Shown here piece after piece: positions 8,365 through 17,777 of a stretch of 64,000 nt of DNA. The position numbers and the translations under genes were made by a program. Source of the DNA: an uncultured Lachnospiraceae bacterium (GTDB lineage: Bacteria > Bacillota > Clostridia > Oscillospirales > CAG-272); the NCBI GenBank assembly GCA_964562175.1, contig CAZLRV010000003.1, positions 15,001 to 79,000 on the forward strand, given 5' to 3'. The notes under the pieces are model-generated. The model was not told the origin of the DNA and made no database searches. It worked only from the letters and a program-made list of their open reading frames with translations. The stretch's first letter is position 1, and every line of letters starts with the position of its first letter.

Positions 8365-10596
8365 TTATATTCCGAGCTGTTGTTTATCCAGATCGTACTC
8401 TTCAAGTAACGAGGTACTTGCGGGCACCTTTATCTTTCTGTATTTTGCGACATTTTCAAACGGTGCCTCCTCTGCGGTATATGCACCGATGACACGTGCG
8501 CCTTTTTTAAGGTTTACGAGCGTTATACCGCCGGCACTTCGAGTCGTTTTCTCCGATATCAGCTTTGAGGGTATCAATGCGCCTCGCTTGTTATCGGTAA
8601 CGAGCAATATCGATATCGGCTCCTTCTCGTAGAAAATACCCACTATCGGCGATGCGGTGCTGTATGCACCGGTAAGCTTGCGGCGGTTTGACTTTGTTTC
8701 ATAGCACGACGGGCTGACGCGAACGCCTTTTCCGTTTTCAAAGACGAATATAAATCTGTCATCGGGCGATATATCCTTAAGCAGCTTCATGAATATTGCA
8801 CGCTCGCCCTTTTCAAAGCCGAGCTTTGTGGGTATATAATCGCCGAGTGCCGATGCCTTTGAGCAATCGAACTCCGACAGCTTCGCCTTGTACACCTGCC
8901 CTTTATCCGAGAAGAATATCACCTCGTCGATGTTTTCACCCCCTTCGGTCTGTGCTATGCTGTCGCCGTTTTTGAGCGTTTGCTCGTCGCTTACCTTAAG
9001 CGAGGTCAAGCGGCACTTTTTGAAATATCCCTCTTTTGTGAAGAAAAGCTTTACGTTGTAGTTTTCGATATTTTCCTCATGCTTATATGTTTGAGTTTCG
9101 TCCTCCTCCATTATAAGCGTTTTTCTCGGCTTGCCGTACTTCTTTTTTATCTCTTCAAGCTGCTTTGCGATAAGCTTTTTTATCTTTTTATCATCGGATA
9201 TTATGTCCTCAAGCTCCGCTATCTCGTTTTGAAGCGTTGTAATGTCCGCTATTCTGTTCAAAATATACTCACGGTTGAGGTAACGCAGCTTTATCTCGGC
9301 AACGTACTCGGCTTGTACCGTCGTGAGGTCGAATTCTTTTGCGAGATTCGGCACGACATCCGCTTCCTTTTCCGTGTTTCTTACGATCGCTATCGCTCTG
9401 TCTATATCAAGAAGTATCTTGCCCAGACCGAGAAGTAAATGAAGCTTATCTTTCTTTTCCTCAAGGTCAAAGCTCAGCTCACGCCTCAGGCAGTCTACTC
9501 TGAATGCTATCCACTCGGAAAGTATCTCAACGACTCCCATGACCTTAGGCGTGCCGTTTATAAGCACATTGAAGTTACAGCTGAAGGAATCCTCGAGCGG
9601 TGTCAGCTTGTACAGCTTAAGCATGAGCTTATCCGGATCAAAGCCGCGCTTTAAGTCAAGGGTGAGCCTGAAGCCGTTTATGTCTATCTCGTCACGGTAA
9701 TCGGATATCTCCTTAATTTTGCCGTCCTTTATGCCCTCGCCTATCTTCTTCATTATCTGCCCTATCGTGGTCGAATAGGGTATTTGAAGTATCTCTATGC
9801 AGTTGTTTTCCTTATCGTATATATATTTGGATCTTACCTTAAATGAGCCGTGACCCGTGGAATATATCTCTCGCATTTTTTCTCTGTTGTAGAGAAGTAT
9901 GCCTCCGCCGGGAAAATCGGGGGCTTTGACTATATCGAGCATACGATCCACGCTCGTATGGCTGTTTTTCAAAAGCTCAATAGTTCCGTCACATATCTCG
10001 GCAAGGTTGAACGAGCATATCCTTGACGCCATACCGACGGCAATGCCGAGGTTTGAGGAAACGAGAATGTTCGGAAAAGCCGTTGGAAGCAGAACCGGCT
10101 CTTTTCTTGTGCTGTCGTAGTTGTCGACCATATCGACGGCATTTTTGTTGAGTCCGGAAAATATCTCTCGGCATATCGGAGCCAGCTTCACCTCGGTGTA
10201 ACGGCTTGCCGCATATGCGTCATCACTGTATTGCTTACCGAAGGAGCCTTTTGAATCTATAAACGGGTGAAGCAGTGACTCGTTGTCAACGGTAAGTCGC
10301 ACGAGCGTTTCGTATATCGATGCATCTCCGTGAGGATTGTAACGCATTGTCGCACCGACTACGTTTGTGCTTTTCGTTCTCTCCCCACTCATCAAATTCA
10401 TTTGGTGCATCGTATAAAGAAGCTTACGCTGTGCGGGCTTGAAGCCGTCTATCTCCGGTATTGCACGGGAGATTATTACGCTCATCACGTATGGCATATA
10501 GTTTTTTTCTATCGTCTCGGTTATGGGCTGGTCTTTTATCTCGGCTTGCGTGAAATTATCCGTTATAAGCCCGTCTTTTTTCTTTTTCTTCGCCAT
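8365..10596 (-). CDS. type IIA DNA topoisomerase subunit A (ParC/GyrA-like, divergent)
   Basis: 743 aa. Contains AIPEIDGFKPAQRKLLYTM (counterpart of the canonical LPDVRDGLKPVHRR motif) and the catalytic-Tyr region AASRYTE. Confidence 0.85.
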   Translation of the reverse strand: MAKKKKKDGLITDNFTQAEIKDQPITETIEKNYMPYVMSVIISRAIPEIDGFKPAQRKLLYTMHQMNLMSGERTKSTNVVGATMRYNPHGDASIYETLVRLTVDNESLLHPFIDSKGSFGKQYSDDAYAASRYTEVKLAPICREIFSGLNKNAVDMVDNYDSTRKEPVLLPTAFPNILVSSNLGIAVGMASRICSFNLAEICDGTIELLKNSHTSVDRMLDIVKAPDFPGGGILLYNREKMREIYSTGHGSFKVRSKYIYDKENNCIEILQIPYSTTIGQIMKKIGEGIKDGKIKEISDYRDEIDINGFRLTLDLKRGFDPDKLMLKLYKLTPLEDSFSCNFNVLINGTPKVMGVVEILSEWIAFRVDCLRRELSFDLEEKKDKLHLLLGLGKILLDIDRAIAIVRNTEKEADVVPNLAKEFDLTTVQAEYVAEIKLRYLNREYILNRIADITTLQNEIAELEDIISDDKKIKKLIAKQLEEIKKKYGKPRKTLIMEEDETQTYKHEENIENYNVKLFFTKEGYFKKCRLTSLKVSDEQTLKNGDSIAQTEGGENIDEVIFFSDKGQVYKAKLSEFDCSKASALGDYIPTKLGFEKGERAIFMKLLKDISPDDRFIFVFENGKGVRVSPSCYETKSNRRKLTGAYSTASPIVGIFYEKEPISILLVTDNKRGALIPSKLISEKTTRSAGGITLVNLKKGARVIGAYTAEEAPFENVAKYRKIKVPASTSLLEEYDLDKQQLGI

Positions 10597-10617
10597 TTGC
10601 TCACATTGCCCCTTTCT

Positions 10618-12618
10618 TTATATATCGGCATCCTTGATGTACAATGCGCCGTATTTTGTGATAAATTCTTTTCTTGAGTCTATATCGTCGCCCAAAAGCG
10701 TGTCGAATATTTCAGCCGTCTTTGCCGCATCCGCCTCGTTTACCCGTATAAGACGGCGAGTTGCTGGCGACATTGTGGTATATTCCATCATCTCGGCGGT
10801 ATTCTCGCCCAAGCCCTTGGAACGCTGTATGGTGCATTTTTGACCGTCAAGCTTTTTCAGTATCTCCGCCTTGTCCTTTTCGTCATATGCGAAATATTCC
10901 TCGTCCTTTGTCGATATTTGGTACAGCGGTGACTCGACTATATAGACCTTGCCCGCCTTGATAAGCGAGGGCAACAGTCTGTAAAATATCGTCAATATCA
11001 GCGTTCTTATCTGAAAGCCGTCCTCGTCGGCATCGGTGCATATTATTATCTTGGTGAATTTCAGCTTGTTTATATCAAATTCCGCATCCTTGTCGCTCTT
11101 ATGCTTTGACTTTATCTCAACACCACAGCCCATTACCTTGAGCAGATCTATGATTATTTGGCTCTCGAATATTCTGTCATAGGAGCATTTCAAGCAGTTC
11201 AGCGTTTTGCCTCGCACGGGCATTATCGCCTGAAATTCCGCTTTTCTGGCATATTTACACGATGAAAGTGCGGAATCGCCCTCGACGATGTACAGCTCTC
11301 TTATTTGCGGATCTCGGCTTCTGCAATCGACGAATTTTTCTATTTTGTTTGTCAGCTCGTTCGTCGTCTGAAGCTTCTTCTTTAAGTTAAGACGTGTGCT
11401 TTCCGCACTCTCTCGGCTTCTCTTGTTTACAAGCACCTGTGTTGCGATCGCCTCTGCATCGCTTTTGTTCTCGGCAAAATATATTTCAAGGTTGTTTTTT
11501 ATAAAGCCCGTCATATGCTCGGCGATAAAAGCGTTCGTTATCGCCTTTTTCGTCTGGTTCTCGTAAGAGGTCTGTGTCGAAAAGCTGTTTGTAACGATAA
11601 TGAGAGAGTCCTCAACGTCGGCAAAGGTTATCTTCGATTCGTTCTTGTTGTATTTTCCCTCGTTTTTCAAGTACTTGTCTATGGCGTAAACAAAGCCGTT
11701 TTTGACAGCCTTATCGGGTGAGCCGCCATGCTCGAGGAAGCTTGAGTTGTGGAAATACTCTATCACGTTTACGGTATTTGAAAAGGCAAATGCAATATCG
11801 TATTTCAGCTTGTAATCGGGTCTGTCCTCTCTGTCACGTCCCACACCTTCGCCGTGCCAGCTGACCGTCGGAAACATTTCCGTACCCGATGCCATACTCG
11901 TGACGTATTCGGAAATGCCACCCTCGTATAGATATTCTTTTGTATCGTATTCACCGTCGCTCTTTTGCCACTTCAACACGAATTTCAAGCCGGCGTTTAC
12001 TATCGCTTGCTTTTTAAGCGTATCATCGTAATATTCAAACGGAATGTTTATATCCGTGAAAACGTCAAGGTCGGGTTTCCAGCGTATTATCGTTCCCGTT
12101 TTCTTCTCTCTTTTGCCAAGCTCACGCACCGAAAGCTCACCCGCGGGCTTTCCCCTTGCAAATTCCATCGAGCTTACGTAGCCGTCGGAATATGAGCTTA
12201 CCGTCATATACTCGCTTGCGTACTGCGTGGCACAGGCACCCAGACCGTTGAGTCCGAGAGAATACTCGTATGCACTGCCCTCCGTGTTATTCTCGTATTT
12301 GCCGCCGGCATATATCTCACAGAAGATAAGATCCCAGTTATATCTTCCCTCTTTCTCGTTGTAGCCCATCGGCACGCCGCGTCCGAAGTCCTCGACCTCA
12401 ACGGAATTGTCGGAAAAGACAGTCACGTTGATAATGTCACCGTAGCCCTCTCTTGCCTCGTCTACCGAGTTCGATATTATCTCAAACACGGAATGCTCAC
12501 ATCCGCCCAGCCCGTCCGAGCCGAAAATTACAGCCGGACGTAATCTGACTCTATCCTCGCCCTTGAGCAGTCTTATATCCTGCGAATTGCCGCTGTCCTT
12601 ACTTTTTGCCATTATCAT
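10618..12618 (-). CDS. type IIA DNA topoisomerase subunit B (ParE/GyrB-like, divergent)
   Basis: 666 aa. GHKL ATPase N-terminus (EIISNSVDEA), Toprim region ELYIVEGDSA and TDADEDG. Confidence 0.85.
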   Translation of the reverse strand: MIMAKSKDSGNSQDIRLLKGEDRVRLRPAVIFGSDGLGGCEHSVFEIISNSVDEAREGYGDIINVTVFSDNSVEVEDFGRGVPMGYNEKEGRYNWDLIFCEIYAGGKYENNTEGSAYEYSLGLNGLGACATQYASEYMTVSSYSDGYVSSMEFARGKPAGELSVRELGKREKKTGTIIRWKPDLDVFTDINIPFEYYDDTLKKQAIVNAGLKFVLKWQKSDGEYDTKEYLYEGGISEYVTSMASGTEMFPTVSWHGEGVGRDREDRPDYKLKYDIAFAFSNTVNVIEYFHNSSFLEHGGSPDKAVKNGFVYAIDKYLKNEGKYNKNESKITFADVEDSLIIVTNSFSTQTSYENQTKKAITNAFIAEHMTGFIKNNLEIYFAENKSDAEAIATQVLVNKRSRESAESTRLNLKKKLQTTNELTNKIEKFVDCRSRDPQIRELYIVEGDSALSSCKYARKAEFQAIMPVRGKTLNCLKCSYDRIFESQIIIDLLKVMGCGVEIKSKHKSDKDAEFDINKLKFTKIIICTDADEDGFQIRTLILTIFYRLLPSLIKAGKVYIVESPLYQISTKDEEYFAYDEKDKAEILKKLDGQKCTIQRSKGLGENTAEMMEYTTMSPATRRLIRVNEADAAKTAEIFDTLLGDDIDSRKEFITKYGALYIKDADI

Positions 12619-12622
12619 AACC

Positions 12623-13234
12623 TCACTTAAACGACTTTAGCGTACACTCGATAGGCACAGTGTCCGCGTCTGTTTTCTCATCCGTGCAATATGAAAGCAC
12701 GTATTCACCGAGCTTCAGTGTCGTATAGCCGACACTGCCGTCTGTCGTATCGAACGAGTGCGGCGAGGTGCCGAAGCCGCGTCCAATGAGCTTCATATAG
12801 CTCTCCTTCCTCGTCCATATCTTATAAAACTCGTAAAGCCCGTCCTCGGAGCGCATTATATGCTCCGTTTCGTTTTCGGTAAAAAACCGCCGAGCCGTCG
12901 GCAAGACCTCCCGTCTTACCGTTTTTTGGCAATCTATTCCGCATCTGCCTCGACTCGCCATTGCAACACACAGCTTATCACTGTGTGACAGGCTGTAGCA
13001 TATTTGAGATGAGATATATTCATATCCGTACTCATTTTTATATTTCGTCTGTTTGTCGTAATCGATACCGTAATGCTTTAAGGCAAGCTTTATCAGCGGA
13101 TAGGACAAAAGACGAGACGGCTCTCTGCCGCACCTCATATACTCCCTCAGGCGTTTTTCGTCCGAGAGCGAGCGGAGGTCCGGAAGAGAAAATTTATCCG
13201 AGTATGCGTACAATATTATCATAATTAAAACCAT
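12623..13234 (-). CDS. 4'-phosphopantetheinyl transferase (Sfp type)
   Basis: 203 aa with the WTRKESYMKLIGRGF motif characteristic of Sfp-type PPTases. The stop lies 4 nt after the topo-B start. Confidence 0.75.
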   Translation of the reverse strand: MVLIMIILYAYSDKFSLPDLRSLSDEKRLREYMRCGREPSRLLSYPLIKLALKHYGIDYDKQTKYKNEYGYEYISSQICYSLSHSDKLCVAMASRGRCGIDCQKTVRREVLPTARRFFTENETEHIMRSEDGLYEFYKIWTRKESYMKLIGRGFGTSPHSFDTTDGSVGYTTLKLGEYVLSYCTDEKTDADTVPIECTLKSFK

Positions 13235-13327
13235 AGATATAATATAATTATTATAATATTACTCCGTCCTTTTTTCAAGAGATAATTTGTAAATATCGCC
13301 GATATGATAATTGTTTAAAAATAACCC

Positions 13328-13356
13328 TTGATTTTTTGCACTCCCTATAGTATAAT
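13328..13356 (+). promoter_or_regulatory. sigma-A-type promoter for rimO-pgsA
   Basis: TTGATT (13328-13333), 17-nt spacer, TATAAT (13351-13356). Confidence 0.6.
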
Positions 13357-13388
13357 CGTATGTGAATACTGTTTTTACGGGTGTTTTT

Positions 13389-14729
13389 ATGAAAAAAACA
13401 AAGATCGGATTCGTTTCTCTCGGCTGTACGAAAAATCAAATAGATGCCGAGCATATGATGTTTCTGCTCGACTGTGCGGGCTATGAGCTTGTTGCGGAGG
13501 AGAGCGAGGCGGATATAGTTGTAATAAACACGTGTGCATTTATAGAGAGTGCCAAGAAAGAATCTATAGAGAATATCATAGATATAGGCTGGCTGAAGGA
13601 AAATGCAAGGTGCAAAAAAATAATCGTGACGGGCTGTCTTGCCGAGCGTTACCGAGATGAGGTACTTGAGCAGATGCCGGAGGTCGATTGCGTTGTCGGA
13701 ATCGGCTGTAACGAGAACATTGTCGATATAATAGGTCGTGTGTGCGAAGGCGAGCGTTTTTCATGCTACGACGAAAAGGAAAAATTGACTCTCGGCGGCG
13801 GACGTGTGCTGACAAGTCCGGGCTACAGCTCATATATCAAGATAGGCGAGGGCTGTGACAACCGCTGTACCTACTGTGCCATTCCGCATATAAGAGGCCC
13901 GTTCCGTTCCCGTCCCATGGAGGATATCGTTGACGAGGCGGTAAGTCTTGAAAACGACGGAGCCGTTGAGATCTCGCTCATTGCACAGGATACGAGCCGA
14001 TACGGCATAGACCTTTACGGTCATTACTCGCTTGCCGAGCTTATAGAAAAGATCACGGCGGCAACGAAAAGGGTCAAACTGAGATTGCTTTATTGCTACC
14101 CGGATAAAATAACGGACGAGCTTATAGTAGTGATAAAGAACAACGATCGTGTCGTTAAATATCTCGATCTGCCTATTCAGCACATATCGGACAAAATGCT
14201 CACGGCAATGAACCGCCACGGCAGCTCGGAACTTATAAAAAGCGTTATAGCAAAGCTGAGAAATAGTATCCCCGATATTGTTCTGCGTACCACTGTTATT
14301 GTCGGCTTCCCCGGTGAGAGCCAAGAGGATTTTGAGCTTTTATGCGACTTTGTAAAGGAAACGAGGTTTGAACGCTTCGGCGCATTTACCTACAGCCGTG
14401 AGGAGGATACGGAGGCGTATGACCTGCCCGAGCAGATAGACGAGCAAACGAAGCAAGACAGATACGACCGTATCATGGCACTTGCCTGCGATATAAGCAA
14501 TGCGTACAACGAGTCGCGCCTCGGCAACACATACGATGTTTTGTGCGAGGGCTACGACGTGCCTGCCGGCTGTTATGTCGGCCGTACATATGCCGATGCA
14601 CCCGATATTGATTGCAAGGTGTTTTTCGATGTAGGTGGCAGACGAGGCTTGCATAATGAGGGCGATGTTGTCAGAGTCAAGATAACGGATCACGACGATT
14701 ACGACCTGATAGGTATATCCGTGAAATAA
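13389..14729 (+). CDS. rimO: ribosomal protein S12 methylthiotransferase
   Basis: MKKTKIGFVSLGCTKNQIDAE N-terminus, radical-SAM CDNRCTYCAIP motif and a TRAM-like C-terminus. The track's GTG start at 13362 was rejected because it lies at or upstream of the predicted TSS. Confidence 0.9.
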   Translation: MKKTKIGFVSLGCTKNQIDAEHMMFLLDCAGYELVAEESEADIVVINTCAFIESAKKESIENIIDIGWLKENARCKKIIVTGCLAERYRDEVLEQMPEVDCVVGIGCNENIVDIIGRVCEGERFSCYDEKEKLTLGGGRVLTSPGYSSYIKIGEGCDNRCTYCAIPHIRGPFRSRPMEDIVDEAVSLENDGAVEISLIAQDTSRYGIDLYGHYSLAELIEKITAATKRVKLRLLYCYPDKITDELIVVIKNNDRVVKYLDLPIQHISDKMLTAMNRHGSSELIKSVIAKLRNSIPDIVLRTTVIVGFPGESQEDFELLCDFVKETRFERFGAFTYSREEDTEAYDLPEQIDEQTKQDRYDRIMALACDISNAYNESRLGNTYDVLCEGYDVPAGCYVGRTYADAPDIDCKVFFDVGGRRGLHNEGDVVRVKITDHDDYDLIGISVK

Positions 14730-14742
14730 GGAGCGAATTTAT

Positions 14743-15342
14743 ATGAAAAAATTAAATCTTCCCAATATACTTACCATTTTGCGTATCTGCGCAATTCCGT
14801 TCGTTATGCTGCTGGTAATGCTTGAGCGTGACAGTATGTGGCTCGATATTGCCGCCGCCGCTCTGTTTCTTGCCGCAACGCTTACCGATATGCTTGACGG
14901 TATGCTTGCACGTCGGTGGAACATGGTAACGAATTTCGGTAAATTTCTCGACCCGCTCGCCGATAAATTTCTCGTATTCGGCACGATGCTTGCAATGCTT
15001 TCAAATCCGCAATACGATTATATGCGAACAATGCTCGTGCTGAGTGTTTCGATAATTCTATTCCGTGAGCTTGCCGTCACCTCCATAAGGCTTATCGCCT
15101 CAAAGTCGGACGGCGTGGTAATAGCCGCAAACAAGCTCGGCAAGATAAAGACCTTCAGCCAATCGGTATGCATCATAGCTATCATAATAGACCCGTACAT
15201 ATTCGGCAACGCCGCAATAAACGATTATCGGGTATTTGCCGCACTTAATTATCTGCTTCTCTGCATCGTGCTTTTCTTTACCGTATGGTCGGGATTTAAC
15301 TACATCAAGACCTATTTTTCGTACATAGACCCAACTAAATAA
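14743..15342 (+). CDS. pgsA: CDP-diacylglycerol--glycerol-3-phosphate 3-phosphatidyltransferase
   Basis: 199 aa with the CDP-alcohol phosphatidyltransferase motif DMLDGMLARRWNMVTNFGKFLDPLADK. Confidence 0.9.
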   Translation: MKKLNLPNILTILRICAIPFVMLLVMLERDSMWLDIAAAALFLAATLTDMLDGMLARRWNMVTNFGKFLDPLADKFLVFGTMLAMLSNPQYDYMRTMLVLSVSIILFRELAVTSIRLIASKSDGVVIAANKLGKIKTFSQSVCIIAIIIDPYIFGNAAINDYRVFAALNYLLLCIVLFFTVWSGFNYIKTYFSYIDPTK

Positions 15343-15350
15343 AAAAATTT

Positions 15351-15401
15351 CGGTTTTGTCAAATTATTTTCGGTTTACCTATTGACAAAACCGATTTTTT
15401 A
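15351..15401 (+). terminator. terminator after pgsA
   Basis: 13-bp arms tcggttttgtcaa (15351-15363) and ttgacaaaaccga (15383-15395) followed by TTTTTT. Confidence 0.65.
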
Positions 15402-15411
15402 TGATATTATC
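15383..15411 (+). promoter_or_regulatory. sigma-A-type promoter for ylxM-ffh, embedded in the pgsA terminator
   Basis: TTGACA (15383-15388), 17-nt spacer, TATTAT (15406-15411). The -35 hexamer is the start of the terminator's right arm. Confidence 0.55.
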
Positions 15412-15456
15412 TGTAAAGTGATTTACTTTACAGCCCCTTTTTCAAAGGAGGATAGT

Positions 15457-15804
15457 ATGTCAAGTAAGGATTACGGTATCGGTCTTTTGCTCGATTTCTA
15501 TTCGGAGCTTCTCTCCCCCTCGCAAAGGATGTGCCTTGACCTTTATTATAACGAGGATCTGTCTCTTTCCGAAATATCGCAAAACCTCGGTATAAGCCGT
15601 CAGGGTGCGCTGAACAACATAAAAAAGGGTGAGAGCATACTTCACAATTACGAGGATAAGCTTTCCCTTGCCGCACAGTATACAAAAAACAAAAGTGCGA
15701 TAGCGGAGCTTGATGTGCTGTTTTCGGAGCTGAAGGAAAAGCTTCCCCAATATTCCGAGCATATAGACGATATCAAAAATAAGATAGTTACGTTGCTTTC
15801 ATAA
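15457..15804 (+). CDS. ylxM: YlxM/UPF0122 helix-turn-helix protein (SRP-operon associated)
   Basis: Start at ATG 15457 behind AAGGAGG. The sequence LLDFYSELLSPSQRMCLDLYYNEDLSLSEISQNLGISRQG is typical of YlxM, and the gene sits immediately upstream of ffh. Confidence 0.85.
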   Translation: MSSKDYGIGLLLDFYSELLSPSQRMCLDLYYNEDLSLSEISQNLGISRQGALNNIKKGESILHNYEDKLSLAAQYTKNKSAIAELDVLFSELKEKLPQYSEHIDDIKNKIVTLLS

Positions 15805-15815
15805 CGGAGTGAAAT

Positions 15816-17144
15816 ATGTTTGATGGACTTGCGGAAAAACTGAATAAAGCGTTTTCGGTCTTTAAGAACAAGGGCAAGCTCACCGAGTCCGATATCAAAG
15901 AGGGAATGCGTGAGATAAAGCTCGCACTTCTTGAAGCCGACGTAAATTTTAAAGTCGTTAAGGATTTTATAAAGATCGTCAGCGAAAGAGCGTTGGGCGA
16001 GGCGGTGCTTGAAAGCCTTGTTCCCTCTCAGCAGATAGTGAAGATAGTCAACGAGGAGCTTATACGCTTGATGGGCGACAAGGAGGAGAGAATAAGATTT
16101 TCTTCTAATCCTCCGACGGTCATCATGATGGTAGGTCTTCAGGGTGCCGGTAAAACGACGCACTGCGCCAAGCTTGCATCCATGTTCAAAACCAAATTCG
16201 GCAAACGTCCCCTGCTCGTTGCCTGCGACGTTTACAGACCTGCGGCTATAAAGCAGCTGCACGTTGTGGGTGAGAGTGTCGACGTACCCGTTTTCTCTAT
16301 CGACGATAAGACCTCACCGGTTGAAATAGCAAAAGCGGGTATTCGCCATGCCGTCAAATACGGCAACGATATGGTATTTATCGACACGGCAGGACGGCTT
16401 CAGATAGACGAGGCACTTATGCAAGAGCTTGTGGACATCAAAAACGAGGTCAACCCCGACGAGATACTGCTCACGATCGATGCGATGCTCGGTCAGGAAG
16501 CGGTAAATGTTTCAAAGACATTTAACGACAAGCTCGACATTACCGGCGTAATACTCACAAAGCTTGACGGTGACACAAGAGGCGGTGCGGCACTTTCCGT
16601 AAAATACGTTACGGGCAAGCCGATAAAATTTATCGGTACAGGCGAAAAGCTCGATCAGATCGAGCCGTTCCACCCCGACCGCATGGCATCTCGAATACTC
16701 GGTATGGGCGATGTACTTACGCTCATTGAAAAGGCTCAACAGAATTTTGACGACAAAAAGGCGGCAGAGCTTGAAAAGAAGATGCGTCAATCGTCGTTCA
16801 CCCTTGTTGATTATCTTGAACAAATGGATCAGATAAAAAACATGGGCTCGATTCAAGATATCCTCGGTATGATGCCGGGCATAAACCGTGCGGCACTTAA
16901 GGATGTTCAGATAGACGAGCGGCAGATAGACCGAGTTAAGGCTATAATCCTGTCCATGACCGTCGAGGAGCGTATTAAGCCTCAAATAATAAATGCCTCA
17001 CGCAAAAAGCGTATCGCAGACGGCTGCGGTATGAAAGTTGAGGACGTAAACAGACTTCTCAAGCAGTTTGAGCAATCGCAAAAAATGATGAAGCAGTTTA
17101 CCAAATCGAGCAAGCGATTCGGTAAGCGCAGCAAATTCTTTTAA
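15816..17144 (+). CDS. ffh: signal recognition particle protein
   Basis: 442 aa with an NG domain (GLQGAGKTT, DTAGR) and a Met-rich M domain. Confidence 0.97.
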   Translation: MFDGLAEKLNKAFSVFKNKGKLTESDIKEGMREIKLALLEADVNFKVVKDFIKIVSERALGEAVLESLVPSQQIVKIVNEELIRLMGDKEERIRFSSNPPTVIMMVGLQGAGKTTHCAKLASMFKTKFGKRPLLVACDVYRPAAIKQLHVVGESVDVPVFSIDDKTSPVEIAKAGIRHAVKYGNDMVFIDTAGRLQIDEALMQELVDIKNEVNPDEILLTIDAMLGQEAVNVSKTFNDKLDITGVILTKLDGDTRGGAALSVKYVTGKPIKFIGTGEKLDQIEPFHPDRMASRILGMGDVLTLIEKAQQNFDDKKAAELEKKMRQSSFTLVDYLEQMDQIKNMGSIQDILGMMPGINRAALKDVQIDERQIDRVKAIILSMTVEERIKPQIINASRKKRIADGCGMKVEDVNRLLKQFEQSQKMMKQFTKSSKRFGKRSKFF

Positions 17145-17209
17145 TTAAGTAAATTTACCCATTGGGTATTTTAATAAAATAATTATATAAAATTTCGGAG
17201 GAAATTAAA

Positions 17210-17455
17210 ATGGCAGTTAAAATCAGACTTAAAAGAATAGGTGCAAAGAAGTCACCTTATTATCGTGTAGTCGTAGCGGATTCCCGCTTCCCCAGAAACG
17301 GCAGATTTATAGAGGAGATCGGTACCTATAACCCCCTCACCGATCCCGCAACGGTAAAAATAGATGCCGAGAAAGCACAAAAGTGGCTTTCATGCGGTGC
17401 GCAACCCACCGATACGGTAAAGGCTCTTCTTACAAAATCGGGTATAGTTAAATAA
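17210..17455 (+). CDS. rpsP: 30S ribosomal protein S16
   Basis: [27 protein letters not shown]-terminus. Confidence 0.97.
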   Translation: MAVKIRLKRIGAKKSPYYRVVVADSRFPRNGRFIEEIGTYNPLTDPATVKIDAEKAQKWLSCGAQPTDTVKALLTKSGIVK

Positions 17456-17494
17456 TTACTTTTTCCCGTCTTAACATAAGGAACGGTAATAATT

Positions 17495-17734
17495 ATGATT
17501 TCTTATAAGCAACTTCTTTCGGATATAGTCTGCTCGATCGTGGAATTTCCCGACGAGGTGACCGTTGTCGAAAGCACCGAGGATAACGGCGATATATCTC
17601 TCGCCCTCTCAGTTTCGCCTTCCGATATGGGCAAGGTCATCGGTAAGCACGGCAAAATAGCCAAGGCTATACGCGCCGTGATCAAGGCTGCGGCAAGCAC
17701 CGAAAGTAAACACATAAACGTAGATATTCAGTAA
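17495..17734 (+). CDS. KH-domain RNA-binding protein (YlqC family)
   Basis: 79 aa with the KH GxxG loop VIGKHGKIAKAIR and the conserved position after rpsP. Confidence 0.85.
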   Translation: MISYKQLLSDIVCSIVEFPDEVTVVESTEDNGDISLALSVSPSDMGKVIGKHGKIAKAIRAVIKAAASTESKHINVDIQ

Positions 17735-17739
17735 AAATA

Positions 17740-17777
17740 TCGCATAGTGTTATCTACACTATGCGACGTTTTTTTAT
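17740..17777. terminator. bidirectional terminator between the KH gene and convergent dnaX
   Basis: 10-bp stem tcgcatagtg / cactatgcga with an A-run upstream and a T-run downstream. Confidence 0.7.

Noticed and set aside
13362-13388. N-terminal extensions suggested by the ORF track (rimO GTG 13362, ylxM TTG 15382, iorB 20822, aspS 25694, tkt-C 39922, M16 45428, folD 49004, dockerin gene 59778, ABC permease 62210)
   Set aside because: In each case an internal ATG has a proper Shine-Dalgarno sequence and matches the conserved family N-terminus. The extension overlaps upstream genes, promoters or terminators.
15648-16262. 204-aa minus-strand ORF antisense to ylxM/ffh, and similar shadow ORFs (2233-2889, 4017-4760, 13830-14324, 40216-40770, 46378-46962, 48899-49645, 55370-55942)
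   Set aside because: All lie opposite strongly supported conserved genes and have atypical amino-acid composition with no family resemblance.
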